From: Octopus bimaculoides
Lineage: Eukaryota
Direction: 5' to 3'
NCBI RefSeq assembly: GCF_001194135.2
Contig: NC_068982.1
Coordinates: 62,560,613-62,620,366, forward strand
Length of the DNA: 59,754 bases
In this document: positions 1 to 12,198 of the stretch, piece by piece
Layout: every line of letters begins with the position of its first letter
Position numbering within the stretch: position 1 is the stretch's first letter
Position numbers and translations under genes: made by a program
Notes under the pieces: model-generated
What the model saw: only the letters and a program-made list of their open reading frames with translations
Told to the model about the DNA's origin: nothing
The model's database searches: none

Positions 1-87
<87 letters not shown>

Positions 88-206
88 GTCTGTTCATCTC
101 TTTCACCTATCTCTACGACCTCTGAAGAAAGTGTTTTCTTCAAAACGAAAAAAAGAAAACAGAAGAGAACCCTTGATTTGTTGTATATACAAACAAACAT
201 AAACAA

Positions 207-249
<43 letters not shown>

Positions 250-711
250 CTCTCTCTCACACACACACACACACTCACACACACTCTCACACACACTCTC
301 ACACAAACACAATACACCGATTCCCTTTCTCAATTTCCGCTGGTCTGAAGATCCCCATATAGAGAGATAAAACTGGTCAATGTAAGGTACTGAAACTTCC
401 AAATCCAATAATAAGCCTTTATTCTTCAAGCATATTCCTTTCTTTGAAAGGTAGAAGCTACTACCTTTTTTTTACAGTAGAAAACACTTTCCCAAGATGC
501 CGCATACTCAACCCGAAACCAAATGGATGCAAAGCGAATTTCTTAACCACACCGCCATGTCTGCGCCTATATCTAAATTACTCACGCACAAATGTATGTA
601 TGATTGTACGTTTGTGACTATCTATCTGTCAAATCTTTTTCTATTCCCTCCCACTCTCTCTCTCTCTCTTTGTATATACGTATACACACATACACATATA
701 TATTCATCCAT

Positions 712-996
712 CTAGCCATCTATCAATGTTTTCTGCCTTCTATTGCTGGGAAGGTCCTTGGTATCTAGAGTCCTTAGGTACCTTATCCAGAGGCTCCTTT
801 CATAAACAACCGTCATTAGATTTTCTGGCTGGATTCCCAAGTGTGACCAACTGAAACTGTGGACATTATCCAGCCATCGCATTCTTGGTCTCCCCCTAGG
901 CCTTCTGATAGTTGGCATGGTTTGGAAAATCCTTCTAGTGATTTTTCCCTGTGATATTGTAAGCACGTCTTTAGTATCGAAGCTGTGACTTCTCAA
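712..996 (-). mobile_element. 3' fragment of RTE-type LINE ORF
   Basis: RRPRGRPRMRWLDNV...ERSLWIR matches the RxRGRPxxRWxD...DRxxWR C-terminal motif of RTE-like LINEs. Confidence 0.7.
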
Positions 997-999
997 TGC

Positions 1000-2340
1000 A
1001 GAGAAATATCGACTAAACCTGAAGATAGATACTGATATATTTATATCGCCAAGCAGTATGTTACCACCTATAACTCGGATTTAGATATCACCCTGCATGC
1101 AAGGAGATCCCTCCTTTTTTACAATGATTCCACCTGAGTTTAAAAGGGCGAAGATTCTCTATCCGATGTGTACCGATGGAGGCATATGATGGGGCGGAGT
1201 TGTGTATGCTTTTTTAGGAGCGTATATTTTGCATAACCTGCATCTTGAATTCCCTTTTGTAGATGTAGGATTATACATAGTCACCCGCAATTGATACTCT
1301 TAGAGTCACCCGTGATTTAAACGGCCATGTGTTAGATAAACTTAGGAAGAATCTGATTACTTTCTTCCAAAGAATGGGATTACGGATAACGATAGAAAGT
1401 AGCCTTAATAATGTAAATAATTTAGATATTAACTTAGATTTGCTATTAGATAAATTTAAACCCTGCCGTGAGCCTAATGAAAAGCTATTTTATACCTACA
1501 AAGAATCAAATCATCTATCCGTAATTCTTAAGAACCTAGTTAGTAGATAGGAAGGTGCATATCATCAATATCTTCAGATGAGACAGCGTTTCAAAATGCC
1601 GCGCCGTATTATAATAATGCATTATAGTGGATTCTCGGAGAAGATTCAGTATAGTCAAACTACTTCTAGCAATAATAGCCCACATGAAACTAGAACTAGG
1701 AAAGTTTTGTGGTTTAATCCAGCATTTGATATCGCCGTAAAAACAAATATAGTTAGGGAATTCTTAAAACTAGTTTCTAAACATTTTGAAACTAGCCATA
1801 AGTGCTATAGAATTTTTAATAGGAGAACGCTGAAGGTTAGCTATTCTTGTTGCAAAACCTTCGCCTCTTTTATTAACCAGCATAACACAAAAATTATTAG
1901 AAGCAACCACAGTGCCGAATTTAACGAGAAGAATTGCAATTTCAAAGATAAGAGTTTCTGTCTGTTAGAAGGAAAATATCTTGAAAAAGGAATAGTTTAT
2001 AGAGCTAAAGTAGAAATAGGTGGATCACAAGAATATAAAACATACACAGGAGCTTCGGAAAATTAATTCAAGACTTGGTTTTATTTCCACCGAAATTCTT
2101 TCCAACAAGTCTTGCAAAACATGTCTGGCAATTGAAGGAAAATGACACCTGTCCTTTCAATATCAGCTGGACAATTTTGGTAAAAGCTGCACCATATAAA
2201 CATGGAGCATATAGAAGACCAATGACATACAAACTTTGCCTCTCAGAAAAACTTTTCACCCTATTCCAGGATAAACATGCATTGAACCAAAGACGAGAAC
2301 TTTTAAAATGTCAACAGAAAAAAATACCGTATGGGTAAAA
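1000..2340 (+). mobile_element. Degenerate Penelope-like element (RT C-terminus + GIY-YIG endonuclease), Naiad-like
   Basis: Frameshifted ORFs with DVPMEAYDGAELC, WFNPAFDIAVKTNIVREFLKLVSKHF, IFNRRTLKVSYSC, NCNFKDKSFCLLEGK, GIVYRAKVE..YTGASE, TSLAKHVWQLK, KLCLSEK, LNQRRELL. PLE assignment is strong; clade assignment is moderate. Confidence 0.85.
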
Positions 2341-3528
2341 ATGTTTGACTTTCGAAATTTTTTTTTTACTTTCGCATTTGAATTTAGCTTTTACACCTAA
2401 AATGTAGATACCTTTTAGCTTTACAATGCCGGTACATATTTCGCCTTCATATTTTACATTCGTCTGTTTTGAAAATTTAATTGAAAATTTGCCGAGGTTA
2501 AGTTTTTGCTCATTTTACTAATTTTCATATTTAAATTTTAAATTACTATTTCAAATTTATATTTTTTGGAATTAATATATTTATATTAAATTTAATTATA
2601 TTAAATTAATTCAGAGTACAATTTTCTTATTTTAATATTCTATACACCAGACAATTCTTAAATANNNNNNNNNNNNNNNNNNNNNNNNNNNNNNNNNNNN
2701 NNNNNNNNNNNNNNNNNNNNNNNNNNNNNNNNNNNNNNNNNNNNNNNNNNNNNNNNNNNNNNNNNNNNNNNNNNNNNNNNNNNNNNNNNNNNNNNNNNNN
2801 NNNNNNNNNNNNNNNNNNNNNNNNNNNNNNNNNNNNNNNNNNNNNNNNNNNNNNNNNNNNNNNNNNNNNNNNNNNNNNNNNNNNNNNNNNNNNNNNNNNN
2901 NNNNNNNNNNNNNNGCTGGTGTGTTTATGTCCCCGTCACCTAGCGGTTCGGCAAAAGAGACCGATAGAATAAGTACTAGGCTTACAAAGAATAAGTCTCG
3001 GGGTCGATTTGCTTGACTAAAGGTGGTGCTCCAGCATTGCCGCAGTCAAATGACTGAAACAAGTAAAAGAGTAAAAGAGTATATCTTGATGTGAATATAT
3101 GTATGTAGATATATACAGTAGCGGCCATAATATAAGGGGCAATAAAAACAAGTGTATTGAAATATTTATTATAGAAGATTAACAGAACGTTGAGACTAGA
3201 TATTTTATACATATTTAGATATATCTAATATCTATCTTTCGTGGAAATTTCAAGTGAATGGAATGAATATTTCGTACGTTATAAGGAAATAAACAAATAA
3301 TCTTCCAAACCGCAACGTCCTAAAGCTAAGAGCCACTTAGAGAAAATGAACTACTAACCGAGGTATTTATTGTTTAGAAAATTGTTACGTATATATAGGC
3401 ATGTACCAGCGCTTGTATGTTTAGTGTATATACATATATATAATTTAAATTTTGGCATGTGTATGTTGTACTACATATATATGTATTTTTTTGATGTTAG
3501 TAGTGTTAGCAGTAGCAGTCTTCTTTTT

Positions 3529-3905
3529 CCTGGCAACAAACCATCACTTTATCGTACTGCTACTGTATAAGTCTCTCTGAGAGATTTAGAAATGCAATAT
3601 TTCTAATTTTGTAGATCAGTGAATTTATTTCACTTCAAATTCTATGTTATCAAAGGTGAATAAGCATCGACAGCTAGCAAGCCAAGCTACTCTAGACTGA
3701 TGAAGAGCAATGACTCTGAAACTAGTCTTTGGATGCTGGCTTTGCTGGATGGTGGCGCTTATCTCCCTTGCTTGAAAACATAAGGACACAGTACGCTTGT
3801 GTCACATAGCCAGCTGGAAACGGTGTTTCCTGGGGCAAAATGGCAGTAGCATTTTCCCCTTTCCTGGGATTGCCACATTAAGTTGGCAAAAAACGATCAC
3901 TTTAT
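3529..3905 (+). mobile_element. Hammerhead-containing 353-nt unit with terminal redundancy (retrozyme or PLE pseudo-LTR)
   Basis: ctggcaacaaaccatcactttat (3529-3552) recurs as ttggcaaaaaacgatcactttat (ending 3905), giving a period of 353 nt. Hammerhead inside; related copy at about 18003-18245. Confidence 0.7.
3691..3733 (+). ncRNA. Minimal type I hammerhead ribozyme
   Basis: tctaga-CTGATGA-agag(caatga)ctct-GAA-actagt-C-tttgga. Intact core, 4-bp stem II, palindromic stem III, GUC cleavage triplet, 6-bp stem I with two G-U pairs. Confidence 0.85.
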
Positions 3906-4030
3906 ATATATAGTAAATCCCCCCAAAAGAAGAAGAACAAACAAAAAAAAACAGCAACGTGAGGACGTGGTGCATGTAAAGTATTAGCAGACGTTCGGGG
4001 AAGGAAAGAAAGATGGTTTAACGTTTAGAC

Positions 4031-5350
4031 GTGTATGTAGACACGATTTCAAAATTTCCCCTAAATACCCACAGATGCAAACAAAACCTTCGTGAAGAAG
4101 AAAAGGAAGCCTTACAAACACTGAAGAATGACAACTCAATCATCCTAAAAGAAGCTGATAAGGGAAGGGCGATAGTAACATGGACAAGGACTATTATAAA
4201 GATAAAATATTGGAAATTTTATCAAACCAAACCTACTGCAAGAAAAAACCAACACACTCAGAAAAAAGAATAATGAATAAAATCAGAAGACTAATCAATG
4301 AATTTCAAGATTCCTTCACCGAAGATAAGGAGAAAGATTATATGTGCAACTCTGTAATCAAAGAGAGCATTTTCTACGGATTACCCAAAATCCACAAAAG
4401 CTCCGAAATACAAAGTGCCATAAAAAAGCAGAAGAACCAGTACGTAAAAATAATAAGGCCTGCTGATCTCAAACTAAGACCAATAGTTGCTGGACCTCAA
4501 GCACCGACACAACTAAGTCATTTTTTTAGATATACCCCTAAAATCTTTATGCCCTTAATACCCAGTTATCTACGGGATGGTATAAATTTCATCCAACACA
4601 TCCCTCCCACTGTCGCAGAAAGTACTATACTCACAAGTTTTGATGTCACCAATTTCTATACTAATATACCTCACACTTTAGGCCTAGAAGTAATCACTGG
4701 GTAGAGAAACAAAGAGAACGGATAAATGAACGCTTCAAGACTGACTTTATCACCAAGGCTACACGCCTAGTACTAGAAGAAAATACCTTTAAATTCGACA
4801 ATAAAACATATCGACAATTAAAGGGCACGGCTATGGGTACGCGGTTTGTGCCCTCATATTCAAACTTAGTTGTGGGATACCTGGAAGAAAAACTTTATGA
4901 GGAAGTAGAAAAAACTTTTGATCAGGAGTACAAGAAATATATCATTAAAAAGTAGAAACGCTTCCTTGATGATTGCATCATCTGGGACAAATCGAATGAA
5001 GATCTAAATATATTTAACAATATACTGATCACACTTAACCCATCCATCAAATTCACTACAGAATCCAGTTGCAATGAATTACTGGATATCCACATAAAAA
5101 TACAGAACTCCACAGTCACAACAGACATATTTTACAAAAAAAAAAAAAAAAAAAAAAAAACTGACACACACCAATATTTAAATGTCTACTCTTGCCATCC
5201 ATCACACATCAAAAGAAACATCCCATAGAGCATGGCAAGACGCATCTGTGCTATAGTAACTGACTCCAAAATACGTGAAATCCGACTCAACGAACTCAAA
5301 GGCTTCCTTGCAATGCAGAAATACCCCTTAGAATTAATTAATGAGGAGTG
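4031..5350 (+). mobile_element. Degenerate Penelope-like element RT (Neptune-like)
   Basis: ILKEADKGRAIV, FYGLPKIHK, LRPIVAGP, FDVTNFYTNIPH, RQLKGTAMGTRFVPSYSNL, KRFLDDC, TDTHQYL..SCHPSHIK; stops and frameshifts present. Confidence 0.9.
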
Positions 5351-5699
5351 GGCTACAAAATCTATATCATCAGTATGAAGAACCCTCTGACAAGAGTGCC
5401 AAATGTTTTTGACCTTGTGGTGAAAGATCTTTGAGAAAAAAACTTTGCTAGAGATTCTAAATCACACATAAATACCTATTAACCCTGTTTTTCACTCTGT
5501 TTGACAATTTCTTTTCTACTGAAATTAGTTTTGAAAGTGTCCCGTGGAAGTTCACTCTTACCTTCATGTTGTGATGAAGTTTACAGTGAGCTTACAGAAC
5601 TTCTATTAGAGTCTATAGTATTTCTGTTAATGTTCATAATATTTATTTTTTTACACTAGATCGGACATCCATTACAGCTGATAGTACCTCGACTTAGAA

Positions 5700-6290
5700 A
5701 CTCATCCAGTCTCACTCAATATGACCTACAATGCACTACGATTAACCGCACTGAAGGGCTCGGTAAAGTCCACATGTAACTAATAGTGGTATCCGTTGCT
5801 CAGTACCCTTACCCATGAGCCTCTTGGCTGAGAAAATCTTGTCCATAATACCCCACCCAGCTCTTAATCCGTACTGGGTTTCAGGGATGATAACAAGGTA
5901 TATCCATTTTGTTAGACGGTTCATTGGACATAACTTTTCCTACCGATTCGAGCAGGTGTATACCACGATAGTCACTACATTCAGAACTGGGAATTTATCA
6001 TTATAAATGTAAAGCGTAATTGCATCTACCCTGTCTTGCAGGACAGACTTGCCATGCCAAACAAATAGAACTAGCCGATGAATGGCCGTAGCAATAGTGT
6101 CTCCCCCAAAGCATATTAAATCAACAATTATTTCATCCAGACCAGGAGCTTTCCCTATGTTTATCTCTTTGATGGTAGACACTGTCTCATCAATTGTTGA
6201 ACCATTCGTCATCTCTATTACAGCAGAATTTTTATGACTTCTTATAAAACTCGTATTTCAATTTGACTACGCTTCACAGAACTTATTGCT
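5700..6290 (-). mobile_element. Internal RTE LINE fragment
   Basis: GKAPGLDEI...TAIHRL...W and PETQYGLRAGWGIMDKIFSAKRL...EQRIPL, the N-terminal RT region of RTE elements. Confidence 0.8.
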
Positions 6291-6699
6291 ATCAGAGATA
6301 ATCCGATGGTACACTCTATTAGAGATTTGTCGCTGGTGTTTATATTAATGTACCGTTGATATTACTTCTTGCACTATCATTACTAGAAAGTTTAATCAAT
6401 AACACAGTACATTAGTTATAACTTTTTATTATTTAGCATTGCAATTGAGTGGGCAATGGGCTTATTAGTTACAGGTTTTGTGAACCATGTTCTGGTTCAC
6501 TGCACTTTCAGGGTTGAGAGTGAGCAGAAGACATACGTATCTCGCTGCAGAGCAATTATGTCAAGGAGTTCCATTACGTAATCAACAGTTTTTCTCGGAT
6601 TTCTTACTTATGCTTAATCCTTACACTGATTAGCAAAAGATATCACAACACCTACACACATGTACACATGCATACATGCACACATGCGCACGCGCACAC

Positions 6700-7015
6700 A
6701 CATGTTAATAATAGTACTTCTACTACAGGTTATAGTATATCTCGTATAGTTGATGATGCTTCTATTGCAGTCAGTTCATATAACATTATTACGGCTGATA
6801 GTACCTCACTTACAGTTTATAGTACTTCTATTGCTGTTGATGATACTTCTAATTTAGTTAATTGTAGTTTTAAGTGAACTTACAGAACTTCTATGAGAGT
6901 CTGTAGTATTTCCATTAATGTTCATAGTACTGTTTTTATGTTTTTACACTAGATCGAATATCCATTAGAGGTGATAGTACTTCTAACATTGCTGTTAGTG
7001 TTTCTACTGCAGGCC
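6700..7015. repeat. Degenerate ~21-bp minisatellite (gatagtacttctattgctgtt-like)
   Basis: Recurrent (g/t)atagtac(t/c)tc cores. Block 6873-6983 is a direct repeat of 5585-5690. Confidence 0.6.
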
Positions 7016-8094
7016 GATATTACTTTAATTTTATCATGAAATCTATACGCCAGTATATACATATATACATACATACATACATACATACATACATACATAC
7101 ATACATACATACACACACATNNNNNNNNNNNNNNNNNNNNNNNNNNNNNNNNNNNNNNNNNNNNNNNNNNNNNNNNNNNNNNNNNNNNNNNNNNNNNNNN
7201 NNNNNNNNNNNNNNNNNNNNNNNNNNNNNNNNNNNNNNNNNNNNNNNNNNNNNNNNNNNNNNNNNNNNNNNNNNNNNNNNNNNNNNNNNNNNNNNNNNNN
7301 NNNNNNNNNNNNNNNNNNNNNNNNNNNNNNNNNNNNNNNNNNNNNNNNNNNNNNNNNNNNNNNNNNNNNNNNNNNNNNNNNNNNNNNNNNNNNNNNNNNN
7401 NNNNNNNNNNNNNNNNNNNNNNNNNNNNNNNNNNNNNNNNNNNNNNNNNNNNNNNNNNNNNNNNNNNNNNNNNNNNNNNNNNNNNNNNNNNNNNNNNNNN
7501 NNNNNNNNNNNNNNNNNNNNNNNNNNNNNNNNNNNNNNNNNNNNNNNNNNNNNNNNNNNNNNNNNNNNNNNNNNNNNNNNNNNNNNNNNNNNNNNNNNNN
7601 NNNNNNNNNNNNNNNNNNNNNNNNNNNNNNNNNNNNNNNNNNNNNNNNNNNNNNNNNNNNNNNNNNNNNNNNNNNNNNNNNNNNNNNNNNNNNNNNNNNN
7701 NNNNNNNNNNNNNNNNNNNNNNNNNNNNNNNNNNNNNNNNNNNNNNNNNNNNNNNNNNNNNNNNNNNNNNNNNNNNNNNNNNNNNNNNNNNNNNNNNNNN
7801 NNNNNNNNNNNNNNNNNNNNNNNNNNNNNNNNNNNNNNNNNNNNNNNNNNNNNNNNNNNNNNNNNNNNNNNNNNNNNNNNNNNNNNNNNNNNNNNNNNNN
7901 NNNNNNNNNNNNNNNNNNNNNNNNNNNNNNNNNNNNNNNNNNNNNNNNNNNNNNNNNNNNNNNNNNNNNNNNNNNNNNNNNNNNNNNNNNNNNNNNNNNN
8001 NNNNNNNNNNNNNNNNNNNNNNNNNNNNNNNNNNNNNNNNNNNNNNNNNNNNNNNNNNNNNNNNNNNNNNNNNNNNNNNNNNNNNNNNNNNNNN

Positions 8095-8155
<61 letters not shown>

Positions 8156-8324
8156 ATGTATGTACGTATGTATGTATGTACGTATGCATGTATATATCTT
8201 TACTGCTTTTTTTTATATTTGTGCTTGTGTGTGTTTGTCAACCAGTCAGTCATTCAACCAGTCAGTTTGTTCGGCGGCTTCTGTGCTTCTCATACACAAA
8301 TACACACACACACACACACACACA

Positions 8325-8400
<76 letters not shown>

Positions 8401-9320
8401 TAAAAACACACACACGCAAACATGCAAAACATACTCCCACACAGACACAAACACGTATATATTAGCGCGTCACAGTATTTACGAGGCGATTTGATTAGTC
8501 CCAAGAGTGACACCAAAGTGAAAGTAAAACCTGTAATTGCCTGTGACTTCTGCTATTGATATTAAGCCGCGGGAGCACTCTTATCGTGACACTTGGGTGC
8601 CTGTGAACACTTCAGAAACACCTTTTTATTTCTTTTTACTGCTACACCCTCCCGCCACTGTCTCTTCACTTCTGCCCACTGACGCAACTATTACCACTAC
8701 TGTCACGACTGCCACGACGATTACTACTCTTACTACTACAACTCGACTCCTCTCCTTCCACTGTTACTCGTCCTTCATTCTAGCCTTTCGTTTTATTCTC
8801 CGCACTCACAACCTACAGCCATTATATTAACTTCCTACCACTTCTAACGACCCACGTGCCAATTAAACCACTGAGAAAGAAGCTTGTGTTAATATCTAAT
8901 TGATTAAGGCAACTGTGAACAGCACGTGTACGTATCAAAACAGAAATGACCGTGACCCGCCACAAGCCCTGAAACTATAGACCTTCACTCTCCCCTTGTC
9001 ATTTTCCCGCCTTTCGCTGCTTGCTACCTTTATGATGCTTATTTTACACCCTCCACTCTTCTGCATTCACAGACATGTTTGGCTTGGTTTACTCTCTGCA
9101 CGTACCTCTCTGATTCATGCAATCAGATCACAAGTTCTACCCATTAGATCTTTCCTTCTTTCTCACCCTCGCTCTTTCTCCCTCTCTCACCGTTCCTTCC
9201 GATCTTCGCTTTCTTCCTCCCTTCCTCTCTCCCTTTCTCTCTCTATGCGTCTATTTTTATTGATCTAAAAAATCATCATCATCATCATCTTCATCATCAC
9301 CATCATTCATTCATTCATTC

Positions 9321-9358
<38 letters not shown>

Positions 9359-9541
9359 NNNNNNNNNNNNNNNNNNNNNNNNNNNNNNNNNNNNNNNNNN
9401 NNNNNNNNNNNNNNNNNNNNNNNNNNNNNNNNNNNNNNNNNNNNNNATATATGTATATATATAAATATATATACATATTATCATATACTCATTGCATTTC
9501 TGGTAAATAAACCGAAAAACAACAGCATCAGCAACAAAAAC

Positions 9542-9638
<97 letters not shown>

Positions 9639-9651
9639 TTATTAGATTAAG

Positions 9652-9835
9652 ACGGCGAGCTGGCGCGCTGGACGAAATGCATAGCAGTATTTCGCCCGTC
9701 GCTACGTTCCGAGTTCCAATTCCGCCGAGGTCGACTTTGCCTTTCATCCTTTCGGGGTCAATAATTTAAGTACCAGTGAAATTCTATGGATTGTTTTAAT
9801 CGACTAGTCCCCACCCAACAAAAAATTTCAAACCT
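9652..9835 (+). mobile_element. tRNA-derived SINE, family A
   Basis: ggcgagctggc A-box, gagttc(c)aattcc B-box, then gccgaggtcgactttgcctttcatcctttcggggtc core shared with many copies in the window. Confidence 0.85.
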
Positions 9836-9883
9836 TTTTCCTATAATAGAAAGGATTATTATTATTATTATTGCAACTATTTC

Positions 9884-10720
9884 TGGAAGGTGATGTGTGG
9901 GCTCCGTTTGGGAGGCTCGTCTTTCAGTAGCTCGTCTCTTTGACGGAGTTGCAGTCCTGGGTGAAGAAAAGGCCAAGACTGGTTGCCTGGCAGCTAAAAT
10001 GTCGCCAGGTGCTCACAGCCCTCTACCAGTCGGGCAATGGGATCGGTGTGTGTTCCGCTTTAGAAATTTACAGAGGATTAGTGAGGGGGAAGTGTGACGA
10101 CATTCTCGGAGAGACTCTGGGTGCCGACGAAAACAAACTGTCTAGTGTGTTCCGGAGGACTTTCCCGTCGAGAACTATCATGGATAATTTCCGGATGTCC
10201 TTGGCCTGGCAGTGCTACCGGGGGCAATACTGGTTCGAGATAAACTCTACAGGCACGGGGCGCGAGTAGTCTTTCAGAGTCCGGGCATTGCTGACTTGTG
10301 GGATTATGTCGACCAGCTTGCTCGAGAGAGTTTATTGAAACGTGGGTGAAAGTTGCGAAAATGGCAAGACTGGGTGATACCTCTCTCAGTGGTGACCTGT
10401 AAGACGGACAGTAGGGATTGGAGAGGGCACTTGCTCTGGGTGTTCAGGGAAATCTTGGATAGGAGGGTTCTTCGATTATCCCTAGGGGTCCTGTATCAAG
10501 AGAGCTACATCTCTATCATCCACCGTGCCACCTTTTTTAAACCTTTGTGTGCTATGTATATGTCCGTTCTTTTTCAGAGTGTACCGTGTATACTTACTTC
10601 CTTTTTTTTAATCATTTCATTATATGTAAACCCCTATACTTTATGTCTGTCTTTGTATTGTTTCCCTTATTCTTCGTCCTTGTGGCAAATAAATGAAATC
10701 ATCATCATCATTATTACTAC
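9884..10720 (+). mobile_element. 3' fragment of Tx1/L1-like LINE with (ATC)n tail
   Basis: ORF remnant ...CSALEIYRGLVRGKCDDILGETLG...MDNFRMSLAWQCYRG, internal deletion, T-rich 3' UTR, aataaa then (atc)n. Clade assignment from recollection. Confidence 0.65.
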
Positions 10721-11460
10721 AGACGTCGCACAGTATACAATATCGTGAGGTTGTTGATTGAAGATATTGTGTCTACCGGTGGTGGCGCTGAACTGTTTGT
10801 CAAGTCACAAGGGCTTTAGACAGACAGTACGCAATATGCGTGCTGTTCCAAGTAATGCCGACTTTTGCAATACATTTAGATTATAGGGTATTTCTAAGGT
10901 TTTCAAATGTTTTTTTCAGGTTGTGTGGTATTGAACCCAATGCTCTGATGACAATAGGAATAATCTTTATGTTTGACTCTCGTAGCTGCCACATCTTAGC
11001 GATCTTAATTCTCAGGTCTCCATATTTGTCAAACTTTCCTCTTTCTTTCATGATGATAAGTTAATCTCTTGGCACTGCCACGTCGATTATCAGGTACTCT
11101 TGTTTGTCCCTCCTAAAGGTTACTATATCCGGCCTTCGGTGCTCCAATACCTTGTCTGTCTGGAAGTCAAAGTCTCAGAAGATTTTTGCCTTCGCCTTTT
11201 CGTCCATTACCTTTTCCGGTGTATGTTGGTACCAAGAACCCGTAACCTCATATCCATACTTGCGACATATTGGCCAGTGGAGGGTTTGGGCTACCTTGTC
11301 GTGTTTACGCTTATACACTTTCTGCGCAAGACTTCCACAACTTTCGACCCTCTTCCCACACATTCTGCAGAGATCCGTTGCACTTGTGTGGTATATATAT
11401 TCTTTTTCACTGAGTTGATATTCAATGCCTGGTCCTGAGCATTGATGATTAAGCTTTCAG
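10720..11460 (-). mobile_element. 5'-truncated R4/Dong-type RLE LINE
   Basis: INAQDQALNINS...CGSLAQKVYKRKHDKVAQTLHWPICRKYGY..WYQH.PEKV..KAKIF, followed by a restriction-like endonuclease remnant. Confidence 0.85.
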
Positions 11461-12162
11461 TCTTCTTCTTCTTCTTCTTCTTCTTCTTCTTCTTCTTCTT
11501 CTTCTTCTTCTTCTTCTTCTCCTTCTTCTTCTTCTTCTCCTCCTCCTCCCCCTNNNNNNNNNNNNNNNNNNNNNNNNNNNNNNNNNNNNNNNNNNNNNNN
11601 NNNNNNNNNNNNNNNNNNNNNNNNNNNNNNNNNNNNNNNNNNNNNNNNNNNNNNNNNNNNNNNNNNNNNNNNNNNNNNNNNNNNNNNNNNNNNNNNNNNN
11701 NNNNNNNNNNNNNNNNNNNNNNNNNNNNNNNNNNNNNNNNNNNNNNNNNNNNNNNNNNNNNNNNNNNNNNNNNNNNNNNNNNNNNNNNNNNNNNNNNNNN
11801 NNNNNNNNNNNNNNNNNNNNNNNNNNNTTCTTCTTCTTCTTCTTCTTCTTCTTCTTCTTCTTCTTCTTCTTCTTCTTCTTCTTCTGTTATCATTCAGTTT
11901 TATTTATTTTTATTTATATTTCTCCCTATTTAATCTTTTGTTTTAACTAAATCTTCGTCCCTGCTCTTCAATGTGGCTGTCATAAAGAATCCAGCTTTAG
12001 GTACAAACACGCGATTGAGCTTTCGTTTCGTTTCTCTTTTCTCTTTTTCTCGTACTCATCCGTTTCACCTCCACTTAATTTCTTTCCTTTTCCCTTTCTC
12101 AAAACCTTTGCAAGAGCCCTCCTTTCATTTTACTTCTTTTTTACATCGCACGCACACACACA

Positions 12163-12198
<36 letters not shown>

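Noticed and set aside
5136-5160. A25 run as a retrogene poly(A) tail
   Set aside because: It lies within the PLE YKKTDTHQY motif and the ORF continues past it; this is a homopolymer expansion.
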